This document shows, in pieces, positions 53,001-61,003 of a DNA stretch of 64,000 bases. Under the pieces are notes generated by a model. It searched no databases and was not told the origin of the DNA. It saw only the letters and a program-made list of their open reading frames with translations. The stretch comes from an uncultured bacterium (GTDB lineage Bacteria > Bacteroidota > Bacteroidia > Flavobacteriales > Flavobacteriaceae). The position numbers and the translations under genes were made by a program. Within the stretch, counting starts at the first letter, position 1. Each line of letters starts with the position of its first letter. The stretch spans positions 78,368-142,367 of the forward strand of contig CAXGIM010000003.1 in the NCBI GenBank assembly GCA_964010525.1, in the 5' to 3' direction.

Positions 53001-54391
53001 GAAGCCTTACTGCCGGGGAAAAGGCAACAAACAGCGTCGTGGGGCTCGTTACGGGTATAAAAAGGATACAGGTAACCTATCAACAGAACAATGGGACCTA
53101 TATGCCGGGATATCTCCCGGGGATAGGATTTGCAGGAACACTAAAGCCTACCACGGGATTTGTTTTTGGAAGTCAGGAAGATGTAAGGCAATATGCCGCC
53201 CGGAGGGGGTGGTTGACATTGTATCAAGAATTCAACCAGCAGTATAGCGAGGTGGAGAACCGGCAATTGAATATTCAGGCGCAGGCCGAATTCTTGCCAG
53301 AGCTCACCATTGACCTGAACATGAACCGCATCTATCAAGAAACATACAACGAGAATTTCAGGATAGACCCCACAAGCCTGGAGTATGAAACCCTTGCCGG
53401 CAATACATTGGGTAACTTCTCCATCTCCACCTTGATGATAGGTACCGCCTTTAGCAAGAACACGGTAGAAGCCTCAAGGGCATTTGATCAATTTAGGGAT
53501 AACAGGCTGGTGGTGGCAGAACGCCTTGCAGAAAATTTTTATGGAACAACAGATTATCCCCGCGATGAAAATGGTTACCCCGTGGGCTATGGAAGAACTA
53601 ACCAGGCAGTATTGATACCCTCGTTTTTATCGGCATATACAACTGATGGAAGCGCATCTAATGTTAAACTGGGTGCCTTCAGGAACTTCCCGTTGCCTAA
53701 CTGGAACATCAAGTATACAGGGCTGATGAAGCTGGACTTCTTTAAAAGGAACTTCAAGAGGTTTTCAGTCAATCATGGCTATAGCTCTGGTTACACAATA
53801 AACCAGTTTAGGACCAACCTTAACTATGACAGAAGGGCAAATACCTCTCCATCAGACTCCCAGGTAGATCAAGCAGGAAATTTTCTCAATGAAACCATCT
53901 ATTCCAATGTTAACCTGGTAGAACAGTTTTCTCCATTGGTAAGGCTTGATTTTGAGATGCAGAACAGTCTTAAGATACTTGCCGAAATTAGAAAGGACAG
54001 AGCATTATCGTTGAGCTTTGATAACAATCTACTTACTGAGATCAATGGAAATGAATACATCATTGGTCTAGGATATAGGTTAAAAGATATTACTTTTGCG
54101 ACAAGCATAGGTGGAAGAAAAACCATTTTAAAGAGCGATCTTAATATTAAGGCAGATCTTTCATTAAGGCAAAATGAAACCATAGTGCGCTATCTGGACG
54201 TTGATAATGACCAGATAACATCAGGACAGGACTTATATGGACTAACGCTCAAGGCAGATTATGCACTGAGCAGGAACCTGACGGCGATTTTCTACTATGA
54301 CCACACTTTTGCAACATATGCAATCTCAACCGCATTCCCGCAAACAACCATAAGGACAGGGTTTACATTGAGGTACAACTTTGGCAACTAA
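47045..54391 (+). CDS. sprA: T9SS outer-membrane translocon SprA
   Basis: 2448 aa. KLEYTPSEDDIIQKIEVGNVSMPL, YDENRHFFL, CGEVWFNELR and C-terminal FTLRYNFGN. Located between ruvA and gcvH. TTG start. Confidence 0.96.
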   Translation: MRTKLFLVKIFRKLLILAIFGLAISVHAQDEEQQDTTQTTYAVGRVQLQNPASIISKYTYDPITDRYIYSEGLGSINIGYPLILTPEEFRKRVEEERMRSYFQDKISALDGRTEEGQEGRSDLLPNFYVNSGLFESIFGGNTIELTPTGSVAMDLGVLYTKQDNPSFSPRNRSNFSFDFDQRIQLSLLGKIGTRLQVNANYDTESTFDFQNQIKLEYTPSEDDIIQKIEVGNVSMPLNSALIQGSQSLFGVKTQLQFGKTTITGVFSEQQSQTRQVTSEGGATIQDFDIFALDYDENRHFFLAHYFRDNYDEALAAYPFINSNVQINRIEVWVTNRTQRFENTRNIIAIQDIGESSPQNIGLDAPPGGFVNVQPNSPPANTNNDFNPFGINGNGQSVLTSAIRDAATVQQGFGGVSVVDGTDYALLENARKLEANEYTLDPILGYISLNQRLNNDEVLGVAFQYTINGQVYQVGEFANDGVDATSGAYPDTDGDGVPDLVDVDPDGDGVNNNGVDVDGDQIADSADSSETPGADVNNDGILDSFIPPGQGGTPQALVVKMLKSNITSVSEPRWDLMMKNIYGLGTGQLQQEGFRMNIVYTDPSPLNYITSTSGEPLPDDVENTPLLNVFNLDRLTTFGDPQTGGDGFFDFVSGLTVNVSNGSIIFTSVEPFGEYLFNKLRSSNTEVYDDGMDMTDAEEATYNANQLKYVYKTLYSSTKTVAKDNADKNKFQLKGKYESQEEEGIPIGSFNVPQGSVTVTAGGRVLQEGLDYTVDYQRGRVIILDPALKASNIPIQVSTENNTLFGQQTKRFTGLNVEHRFSDDFIVGGTLINMNERPLTQKASYSFEPINNTIFGLNASYSTEVPFLTRLINKYPFIDTDVMSNLSVRGEVAYLIPGQPKSTNLNGRAASYIDDFEGSQTSIDVSSPLQWFMSSAPVGFGGEFSNGDLAAGYRRAKLAWYTIDPVFYGNQRPDGITDEDLSNWATRRVFRDEIFPQQDIVAGTTQALFTFDMAYFPSERGAYNYSTDAQDGILDNPEQNFGGIMRQFTSTDFEQSNVEFIEFWLMDPYIYEENAANPGGVLTINLGNISEDVLKDGRKQYENGLPKDGGTSNTTQTSWGKVPTNQALIYAFDTEGEQRTNQDLGYDGLDDVEEGTQFPAFANLADPAGDNYQYFVSATGGVIDRYKMYNGQQGNSPVDVTQTNRGSTTLPDVEDFNRDYTMNTVDSYYEYQLEITPQDLTIDNEFIVDERNVNVELQNGRSIPVRWLQFKVPINQPTNTVGGIADFRSIRFMRMYMSGFSQNTTLRMGTLDLVRGDYRRYALTLDPDLSDPNTENTLFEVTAVNILENENRDPIPYVLPPGVYREELLNNNNNIRQDEQSLSLTTCDLEPQDARAVYKNFRLDMRQYKNIEMYTHAESLLNEPALQDNELVAFIRMGTDLTENFYQIELPLVPTPFGTTNPEAIWPESNRFDVPLDLLQTVKAAFLNNAAATLPQTVTYYDINGELIEDPANTDYNTGEIRVGIKGNPSFGDVRVLMLGVKNGNPDNGSDVCGEVWFNELRITELQNEGGWAGILNVDANVADFATVSATGRQTTVGFGGIDEGPNQRSREDIKSYDVVTNVNAGQLLPKKWGIKLPFNYSVGEQVITPQFDPLYSDIELDTRLETAETEEQRDAIEGQAISHTRRRSVNLIGVRKERTGEAKPKPWDVENLTFSYSYNQEDHKDFEIEQSRAQSVRLGGTYNFAFQPKAYEPFAKNDSLFMSPYLKLLKDFNINYLPASISVSSNYNRQYNQQKLRDVSLTGNSILPEYKQRNYLFDRQFTINYPITNSLTVNFDQAQNRIVRNYLNADNSLDAEAGGVYDGFFEIGTPSRHYQTLQANYELPFDKLPYLDFLSATYSYTADFEWNRGSYQFQTLEGIPDLGNSVENANTHAINGTIDMTKLYRSVGLVKKKAAGAAGKTRQERSRSVPTLGNPRVTPQNGAQGGSLTAGEKATNSVVGLVTGIKRIQVTYQQNNGTYMPGYLPGIGFAGTLKPTTGFVFGSQEDVRQYAARRGWLTLYQEFNQQYSEVENRQLNIQAQAEFLPELTIDLNMNRIYQETYNENFRIDPTSLEYETLAGNTLGNFSISTLMIGTAFSKNTVEASRAFDQFRDNRLVVAERLAENFYGTTDYPRDENGYPVGYGRTNQAVLIPSFLSAYTTDGSASNVKLGAFRNFPLPNWNIKYTGLMKLDFFKRNFKRFSVNHGYSSGYTINQFRTNLNYDRRANTSPSDSQVDQAGNFLNETIYSNVNLVEQFSPLVRLDFEMQNSLKILAEIRKDRALSLSFDNNLLTEINGNEYIIGLGYRLKDITFATSIGGRKTILKSDLNIKADLSLRQNETIVRYLDVDNDQITSGQDLYGLTLKADYALSRNLTAIFYYDHTFATYAISTAFPQTTIRTGFTLRYNFGN

Positions 54392-54414
54392 TCATTTAAC
54401 CATTTTTTAAAGCT

Positions 54415-54795
54415 ATGAATATACCTGCAGATCTATTATATACAGAAGATCATGAGTGGATTCGCATTGAAGGCGATGTCGCGATAATAGGAATCACTGA
54501 TTATGCTCAGGGCGAACTAGGGGACATCGTTTATGTAGAGGTTGAAACCCTGGGGGAAACCCTTGACAAAGGCGAGGTCTTTGGTACGGTCGAGGCCGTA
54601 AAGACCGTTTCAGACCTTTACCTGCCATTGACCGGCGAGATCATTGAGTTTAATGAAGGGCTTGAAGATGAGCCTGAAACAGTTAACAGTGACCCGTATG
54701 GAGCTGGCTGGATGGTCAAGGTAAAAATAAAAAGTAATGAAGAGATAAAAGACCTTCTTGATGCAGGTGCTTATAAGGCCAGCATCAATGCGTAA
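54415..54795 (+). CDS. gcvH: Glycine cleavage system H protein
   Basis: HEW, GITDYAQGELGD, lipoyl-lysine motif EAVKTVSD and NSDPYGAGW. Confidence 0.98.
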   Translation: MNIPADLLYTEDHEWIRIEGDVAIIGITDYAQGELGDIVYVEVETLGETLDKGEVFGTVEAVKTVSDLYLPLTGEIIEFNEGLEDEPETVNSDPYGAGWMVKVKIKSNEEIKDLLDAGAYKASINA

Positions 54796-55174
54796 GGGCA
54801 TCATTATCCTTACAGTACTTTATACCATTGTCCTTACCGTGGCATGCCTGGGCCCGGCACCACAAAGTTTTGAGCAAGAAAACAGCCCGGACAAGTTTTA
54901 TCACATTACCGCAACCTTCCTTTTGTTCATGGCGTGGTTTACCTACGGGTATATGATTGCCTTACGGCAAAAACCATTTCCACGGGTCCTAATCATAATT
55001 TCCTTGTTAACCTTTTGTTATGGTATGATAATTGAGGTTCTACAAGGTACATTTACTACCTACCGCACGGCAGATGGTTATGACCTTTTAGCAAATTCCG
55101 TTGGGATTTTGATAGGAATAGTGGTGGTTTGCATCTTTAGAAATCAAATAAATTCGATTAAGGCGAAATTTTAA
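54788..55174 (+). CDS. VanZ family membrane protein
   Basis: DKFYH...YGMIIEVLQG...RTADGYDLLANSVG. ATG at 54788 overlaps the gcvH end. Confidence 0.85.
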   Translation: MRKGIIILTVLYTIVLTVACLGPAPQSFEQENSPDKFYHITATFLLFMAWFTYGYMIALRQKPFPRVLIIISLLTFCYGMIIEVLQGTFTTYRTADGYDLLANSVGILIGIVVVCIFRNQINSIKAKF

Positions 55175-55229
55175 TTTCATTTTGCAGATCATTTTAATAA
55201 ATTAGCAATCTTAATAACCGAAATTTAGT

Positions 55230-55955
55230 ATGGAACCCAAGAAAAATCCAAAAGCAGATTTGAGTAGAAGAAGTGTTATCTTCTTCCAGATTGGGCTTGT
55301 TGTTATCCTTGCACTGGTCTATTTTGCCATTGAGCATAAGACCTATGAAAAGGAAGATCTTGACCTAGGTCAAGTTCAAATGGACGACCAGCTTGAAGAA
55401 GAAGTGCCAATCACAGAATTGAACACTCCACCACCACCACCACCGCCACCACCACCACCAGCACCAGAAATCCTCGATGTTGTGGAAGATGACGTTGAGG
55501 TAGAAGAAACGGTTATTGAAAGTACTGAGACATCTCAAGAAGAAGAAATCGTTGAAGTAGAAGATGTACAGTTTGAAGAAGAAGAAGTAATCGAGGACGT
55601 ACCCTTTGCAGTAATTGAAAACGTGCCCATTTATCCTGGTTGTGAAAACGAGAAGGGTAACGATGCAAAGAAAAAATGTATGTCTGAGGCTATCACAAAA
55701 CTCGTGAACCGCAAGTTCAACACAGAACTGGGCAGCGAGCTGGGGCTTAGCGGTGTAAACAGGATTTACGTTAGGTTCAAGATTGATAGCAAAGGTAACA
55801 TCGTAGATATAGGTTCTCGTGGTCCTCACCCACGTCTAGAGCAGGAAGCAGAGCGCGTGATAAAGCTTCTTCCCAAAATGACACCGGGTAAGCAACGTGG
55901 TAAGCCAGTAGGGGTGCTTTATTCACTACCTATAGTTTTCCAGGTTCAGGATTAA
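55230..55955 (+). CDS. tonB: Energy transducer TonB
   Basis: N-terminal TM, poly-Pro, acidic linker and TonB_C domain (VPIYPGC...PGKQRGKPVGV). Confidence 0.93.
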   Translation: MEPKKNPKADLSRRSVIFFQIGLVVILALVYFAIEHKTYEKEDLDLGQVQMDDQLEEEVPITELNTPPPPPPPPPPPAPEILDVVEDDVEVEETVIESTETSQEEEIVEVEDVQFEEEEVIEDVPFAVIENVPIYPGCENEKGNDAKKKCMSEAITKLVNRKFNTELGSELGLSGVNRIYVRFKIDSKGNIVDIGSRGPHPRLEQEAERVIKLLPKMTPGKQRGKPVGVLYSLPIVFQVQD

Positions 55956-55976
55956 GAGATTCCATCTTGAATATAT

Positions 55977-56014
55977 AATCCCGCCTCAACATATGTTGGG
56001 GCGGGATTTTTTTT
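55977..56014 (+). terminator. Intrinsic terminator
   Basis: AATCCCGCCTCAACAT|ATGTTGGGGCGGGATT followed by a T run. Confidence 0.8.
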
Positions 56015-56066
56015 GGCAAGCTTGTTGTGTCAGGTTTTATACACTTAACAATTAAAACCATGTATT

Positions 56067-56840
56067 ATGAACACTTCAAAAAAGGAAGGGGCCGTTCTGC
56101 AAAACGGTGCCCGTCCCACAAGCAAGCACGATGCAAATTTACAAAAAAACAACACCTTCTACTTTCAAGCGGGGCTTATAGTTGCCTTGTTGCTGGCCAT
56201 CCTTGCGGTTGAGTATAGGTCCACCTACACGATACCAAAGATAGATGAGCAGGACATTGCAGATACATTTGTTATTGAGAGTCCACCGGTGATACGTGTG
56301 TTGCCTAAGGATGTGCCACCGCCATCGGTACCTCCCGTGGATTATACCTTGCCCCCCGTGGTAGGAAATCCCGTGGATAGTATCATTGATTTTATCCCGC
56401 AAGATGTTCCTAAAGTTGACCCTGGTGAAAATACTGGAGAGCCCACATTTATTCCAGAGCCACCAGAAGACCCCATTGAGACAACAGACCTCAACGGCGT
56501 TGACCTTGTGCCCATTTACCCCGGATGTGAGAAAAAGAAAACTAATGAAGAACGCAAGGACTGTCTTGAAAGCAACTTGAATAAATTGATTTCAAGAAAA
56601 TTCAATACAGGTATAAGCACACAATATGGACTTGATGGTGTCAACCGTATCTACACCATTTTTACCGTGGATCACACGGGCAAGATCAAGGATATCAAGA
56701 TACGGGCAGCTCATCCCGCACTAGAGAAAGAAGCCCAGCGCGTCCTGGACCTTATCCCAGAGATGCAGCCCGGCATCAAGGATGGTAGGCGTGTCAATAT
56801 GATCTACTCACAGCCCATTCTGTATCAGGTGCAGGATTAA
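56067..56840 (+). CDS. Energy transducer TonB paralogue
   Basis: Same TM/Pro-rich/TonB_C layout; C-terminal half is similar to the upstream TonB (VPIYPGC, NRIY, HPALEKEAQRV, QVQD). Confidence 0.88.
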   Translation: MNTSKKEGAVLQNGARPTSKHDANLQKNNTFYFQAGLIVALLLAILAVEYRSTYTIPKIDEQDIADTFVIESPPVIRVLPKDVPPPSVPPVDYTLPPVVGNPVDSIIDFIPQDVPKVDPGENTGEPTFIPEPPEDPIETTDLNGVDLVPIYPGCEKKKTNEERKDCLESNLNKLISRKFNTGISTQYGLDGVNRIYTIFTVDHTGKIKDIKIRAAHPALEKEAQRVLDLIPEMQPGIKDGRRVNMIYSQPILYQVQD

Positions 56841-56854
56841 AAAATACATATCAT

Positions 56855-56886
56855 AAATCCGTCCTTGATCAGGGCGGATTTTTTTT
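56855..56886 (+). terminator. Intrinsic terminator
   Basis: AAATCCGTCCT-TGATC-AGGGCGGATTT followed by a T run. Confidence 0.8.
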
Positions 56887-56900
56887 CGCTTTAAGCGAAA
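56884..56900. repeat. Mini-hairpin motif copy (TTTCGCT-TTA-AGCGAAA)
   Basis: Overlaps the terminator T-tract; identical to 25412-25428. Confidence 0.65.
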
Positions 56901-56944
56901 GGGAAAAAAGCCATATCTTGCGGCAGCCTTAAAATCTTCGTGTA

Positions 56945-59047
56945 ATGCGGTATACCCTACTTGCCATCATAAGTTTTATCACGGTAGACCTGGGCCTGGC
57001 TCAGGATACACCAGACCCTTTTGAGAAATATCCCGTTTTTGAGGAATGTGAAAATACGGCGATGGCCCAGTTGCCCCAGTGTTTTGACGATGCCCTTGTA
57101 AGCCATATCATCGCAGGGTTTAAAGAGCCTGAGGTTATTGCAGAAGATGATTACAGCGGCGAGGCGGTCGTACTCTTTGAGGTCAATGATAAGGGATATT
57201 TTGAAATCCTGACCATTGATGCCGTCTATCCAGAACTCAAGGATGAGATCACCCGCGTTTTTGACCATCTCCCACAGGTGCGGCCGGCCATGTACAACGG
57301 GCGCAAGACCTATATGCAGTTTAGCCTGCCCATTAAAATCCCCATACGGGACAACCTGGAGCAGGCAACACAACCAGAAAAGGTGGCAGACCTGGCCCAG
57401 GAGGCAAACGCCATGAAGCGGGAATACGACAGCATAAAGACCACCGGTTACAAGCTCAACGAATATACCAGCCAGATATACATTCCATTCAGCCATCAAC
57501 TGTACAGCAGGTTTGATAAGAACATGAACCTCGTGGGCACTAACAGCCACACGGCATTCAAGCCTTTTACCTATGCGTATGTCAACAAGTATTATGACCT
57601 TAAGGGTGAAAACGCCAAGCTAATGAAGGATAAGGAATCGTGGTTTGGCCGTAAATTATGGAACGAACGCATGGTGACCTTACAGGGGGAAGATTATTGG
57701 TTTACCCTGGATCCCGCAGCTGATTTGCAACTGGGTTTTGAAACTGCTGATAACGAAGACCAAGATTTTACCTATAACAATACCCGTGCGATTATCTTTC
57801 AAGGGGGCATAGGCAAGAAACTAAGTTTTTATACCACTTTTTATGAAAGCCAGGGGACTTTCCCCGGATATTTTAACCGTTATGCCCGCAGCATCCGCCC
57901 AGATGGGGGCAACCCAGTGGTAATTCCCGGGCGTGGAGTGGCCGAAGAGGCTAACGCCGGCGATTTTGACTACCCGGTTGCAGAGGCGCACCTCTCCTAT
58001 ACCTTTGATGAGCATTTTAATGTGCAGTTTGGCCATGGCAAGAATTTTATAGGTGATGGTTATCGTTCACTCTTGTTGAGTGATGCGGCAAGCCCGTATC
58101 CATTTTTTAAGTTGAATACCACCTTTTGGAAATTCAAGTACACCAATACCTGGATGTCCCTGCGGGATGTGCGTCCAGAGGTGGTGGCAGAAGGTAGTTT
58201 CCGTACTAAATATATGGCAAACCATTACCTGAGCGTCAACGTTACAAAACGCTTGAACCTGGGTTTTTTTGAAAATGTGATCTGGGAAAATGACAACGAC
58301 CGTGGTTTTGACATCAACTATCTCAATCCCATCATATTCTACAGGGCGATTGAGTTTAGCACCGGTTCACGGGGCGGTAATGCCCTGATAGGGCTTAGTG
58401 CCAAGTATAAATTCAGTGACCAGTTCAATGCCTACTCCCAGGTTGTGATTGATGAGTTTTCCACCGGGGCGGTTTTTGGCAACGACCATAGTTATAAAAA
58501 CAAGCAGGGTTTTCAGTTGGGGTTTAAGTACTATGATGCCTTCAAGGTGCCCAACCTTACCCTGCAAATGGAATATAACCAAGTGCGCCCATATGTGTAC
58601 AGCAATAACGAGATACAGCTCAATTATGGCCATGTCAATCAATCTATGGGCCATTTGTGGGGCGCAAATTTCAGGGAATTTATCACCATTGCCCGGTATC
58701 AAAATGACCGCTGGTACGGTACCGGCAAGGTAATCTACGGTGAGCGCGGTTTTGAAAAGGGAGACATCAACGATGTCTATTATGGGGGGAGCATTTATGG
58801 CAATGATGAAAACCGCCCCAGTGACAACGGCATACTGCTGGGTCAAGGCAACAGGACAAACACTTTCTTGGGGCAGCTGGAGCTGGGATATCTCGTCAAC
58901 CCCGCAACAAACCTAAAATTTTACACCAGCATTCTCTACCGTGACAACAGGCCAGAGTTCAATGACCCGGTGAACCTGCAAGAAAACACGGTTTGGGTCA
59001 ACTTTGGCTTCAGGACAGACCTGTTCAACTGGTATTATGATTTTTAA
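56945..59047 (+). CDS. remB: Gliding-motility-associated RemB-like outer-membrane protein (N-terminal TonB_C-like domain + beta-barrel)
   Basis: Signal peptide; FEKYPVFEEC...RPAMYNGR TonB_C-like domain; barrel ending NFGFRTDLFNWYYDF. Synteny with sprA-gcvH-tonB. Confidence 0.75.
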   Translation: MRYTLLAIISFITVDLGLAQDTPDPFEKYPVFEECENTAMAQLPQCFDDALVSHIIAGFKEPEVIAEDDYSGEAVVLFEVNDKGYFEILTIDAVYPELKDEITRVFDHLPQVRPAMYNGRKTYMQFSLPIKIPIRDNLEQATQPEKVADLAQEANAMKREYDSIKTTGYKLNEYTSQIYIPFSHQLYSRFDKNMNLVGTNSHTAFKPFTYAYVNKYYDLKGENAKLMKDKESWFGRKLWNERMVTLQGEDYWFTLDPAADLQLGFETADNEDQDFTYNNTRAIIFQGGIGKKLSFYTTFYESQGTFPGYFNRYARSIRPDGGNPVVIPGRGVAEEANAGDFDYPVAEAHLSYTFDEHFNVQFGHGKNFIGDGYRSLLLSDAASPYPFFKLNTTFWKFKYTNTWMSLRDVRPEVVAEGSFRTKYMANHYLSVNVTKRLNLGFFENVIWENDNDRGFDINYLNPIIFYRAIEFSTGSRGGNALIGLSAKYKFSDQFNAYSQVVIDEFSTGAVFGNDHSYKNKQGFQLGFKYYDAFKVPNLTLQMEYNQVRPYVYSNNEIQLNYGHVNQSMGHLWGANFREFITIARYQNDRWYGTGKVIYGERGFEKGDINDVYYGGSIYGNDENRPSDNGILLGQGNRTNTFLGQLELGYLVNPATNLKFYTSILYRDNRPEFNDPVNLQENTVWVNFGFRTDLFNWYYDF

Positions 59048-59057
59048 AAAAGGAGAT

Positions 59058-59462
59058 ATGAGAAGATTTATAATGACCTTTGGCCTTATGTTTTTGTTTT
59101 TGGCTTGCGCCAAAGAAAATCAACAATCAACAGCTATGGAACTAGATAAGAACTTTGTGCATGTGGTCTATTTTTGGCTCAACAACCCAGAAAGTCAGGA
59201 AGACCGGAAAGAATTCCTGGCGTCGCTCAACAAATTCATGGACGCCAGCGAGTATGCCGCCACAAAATTTATAGGAGAACCCGCCAAGACACCCCGTGAG
59301 GTCGTTGACAACACGTTTACCTATTCGCTCATCCTTTCATTTCCCTCGGCAGAGATTCAAGACCTGTATCAAAAAGAGCCTGCCCACCTTAAATTTATTG
59401 AAGAGTCAGAGCATTTATGGGAACGGGTGCAGGTATATGATAATATTTATTATAAACAATAG
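59058..59462 (+). CDS. Dabb (stress-responsive A/B barrel) family lipoprotein
   Basis: Lipobox FLAC; FVHVVYFWL...QDLYQKEPAHLKF. ATG at 59058 preferred. Confidence 0.85.
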   Translation: MRRFIMTFGLMFLFLACAKENQQSTAMELDKNFVHVVYFWLNNPESQEDRKEFLASLNKFMDASEYAATKFIGEPAKTPREVVDNTFTYSLILSFPSAEIQDLYQKEPAHLKFIEESEHLWERVQVYDNIYYKQ

Positions 59463-59755
59463 TGCTTCTACCAATAGTCATGGTGACCATGGTTGTACAG
59501 TGGGTAGTTTATGACATACTTGACACACGAGGTAAAGCGCACTTAAAGCTTGCCGTGTTTGTATTTTTGCTCCTATTGTTTTTGGTCATAATTCCTTTTT
59601 TCTTGATAGATTGGTTCGTGCCCTCACGGGCTGATGGGCTAAACTGCGGCTTGCCTTTTATGGGGTTTGTACTTGCTTCATGGGTTCTAGGTGCTGGAGG
59701 CACGACGATTTTACACCTTGTTTATATATTTAAAAATAGAATTCCTTCATCATGA
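59462..59755 (+). CDS. Small hypothetical membrane protein
   Basis: GTG start overlaps the Dabb stop; about three hydrophobic segments. Confidence 0.55.
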   Translation: MLLPIVMVTMVVQWVVYDILDTRGKAHLKLAVFVFLLLLFLVIIPFFLIDWFVPSRADGLNCGLPFMGFVLASWVLGAGGTTILHLVYIFKNRIPSS

Positions 59756-59988
59756 AAAATGGCAATCACTTCTTGTCAAACTTTGGGATGTTAGGAGCGT
59801 GCGTGAGATATATTTTTATTAATACTTATAGAAAATTGAGGGGTAAGGGTTTGATATCGTTGGGCGAGCTGGAAAATGAAGGTTCTAGTGCTTATGGTGA
59901 TGGCTGGAACCACGCAATGAATGTCTTGATAGGTTTTATCCTATGTGGCATTGTTCTGGGGTTGGTGTGGGGCAAACTTTTGGCGTAA
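59752..59988 (+). CDS. Small hypothetical membrane protein
   Basis: ATGA overlap with the upstream ORF; hydrophobic C-terminus. Confidence 0.55.
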   Translation: MKNGNHFLSNFGMLGACVRYIFINTYRKLRGKGLISLGELENEGSSAYGDGWNHAMNVLIGFILCGIVLGLVWGKLLA

Positions 59989-59994
59989 GCCAAA
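59979..59994. repeat. Mini-hairpin motif copy (TTTGGC-GTAA-GCCAAA)
   Basis: Contains the stop codon of the 59752-59988 ORF; GNRA-type loop. Confidence 0.6.
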
Positions 59995-60067
59995 TCTTTC
60001 AAAATCAATGAACTTCTTTTAACAACCATTAAATTTCATTTCAATTGTGTATGCCAAGGTCAAGCAG

Positions 60068-60075
60068 TATCTTTG
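60068..60075 (+). promoter_or_regulatory. -7 promoter element for cyoE
   Basis: TATCTTTG. It overlaps the track's TTG start, which favours GTG at 60094. Confidence 0.6.
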
Positions 60076-60093
60076 CACCACTTTTTTAGGGAC

Positions 60094-61002
60094 GTGAAAA
60101 CAGCCTCTTTGAGCTTAGCAAAAACAAATACAGCCAGGATTTCTGCATGGCATGACTTCAAGGAAATAACCAAGATGCGATTGGCCATTAGCGTGGTGTT
60201 TTCCAGCTTGGCAGGATATCTTTTGGGGGCATTGTACATTGACTGGACCACGATACTTTTACTTGCAATAGGTGGATATTTCATGGTGGGGGCATCTAAC
60301 GCATATAATCAAATTATCGAGCGTGACCTCGATGCATTGATGAACCGCACAAAAAACCGCCCCATTCCTGCAGGAAGGATGAGCGTTGCCCAGGCCTTTG
60401 CCATTGCAAGTGCCTTTACCATCCTGGGCCTGCTTACCCTGTACTATATAAATCCCAAAACGGCATTTTTTGGCGGGATTAGCATATTTCTGTATGTGTG
60501 CTGCTACACGCCGTTGAAGACCCGCACGCCACTCTCTGTTTTTGTGGGCGCTTTTCCCGGGGCCATCCCGTTCATGCTGGGCTGGGTCGCCGCCACTGAC
60601 GATTTTGGCATAGAGGCCGGCACGCTCTTCATGATTCAGTTTTTCTGGCAGTTCCCACATTTTTGGGCCATAGGCTGGTTTTTATATGATGATTACAAAA
60701 AAGGTGGTTTTGCCATGTTGCCTTCCGGCGAAAGGGATAAGAGTACGGCTTTGCAGGTAATATTGTACACTATCTGGACGATATTGATATCCATCATCCC
60801 GGTTTTTGGGGTGACGGGAACCTTACAGCTTTCAGTAGTTTCTGCCGTGATTGTAGGTGTGCTGGGGCTGGGGATGTTGTATTATGCCATACGGCTGTAC
60901 ATATATCAAAACAATGTAACGGCCAAGCGGCTTATGCTTTCCAGCGTAAGCTATATTACCCTGATTCAACTTATTTATGTTGCTGATAAATTTTTAAGAT
61001 AG
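60094..61002 (+). CDS. cyoE: Protoheme IX farnesyltransferase (heme O synthase, CtaB)
   Basis: NQIIERDLDALMNRTKNRPIPAGR, YTPLK, GAIP and WQFPHFWAI motifs. Confidence 0.96.
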   Translation: MKTASLSLAKTNTARISAWHDFKEITKMRLAISVVFSSLAGYLLGALYIDWTTILLLAIGGYFMVGASNAYNQIIERDLDALMNRTKNRPIPAGRMSVAQAFAIASAFTILGLLTLYYINPKTAFFGGISIFLYVCCYTPLKTRTPLSVFVGAFPGAIPFMLGWVAATDDFGIEAGTLFMIQFFWQFPHFWAIGWFLYDDYKKGGFAMLPSGERDKSTALQVILYTIWTILISIIPVFGVTGTLQLSVVSAVIVGVLGLGMLYYAIRLYIYQNNVTAKRLMLSSVSYITLIQLIYVADKFLR

Positions 61003-61003
61003 C

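Noticed and set aside
55428-55463. (CCA)n trinucleotide tract
   Set aside because: Encodes the normal poly-proline spacer of TonB.
59049-59060. SD-like AAGGAG before the Dabb start
   Set aside because: Only 2 nt from the ATG, too close to function; no support for unusual SD use.
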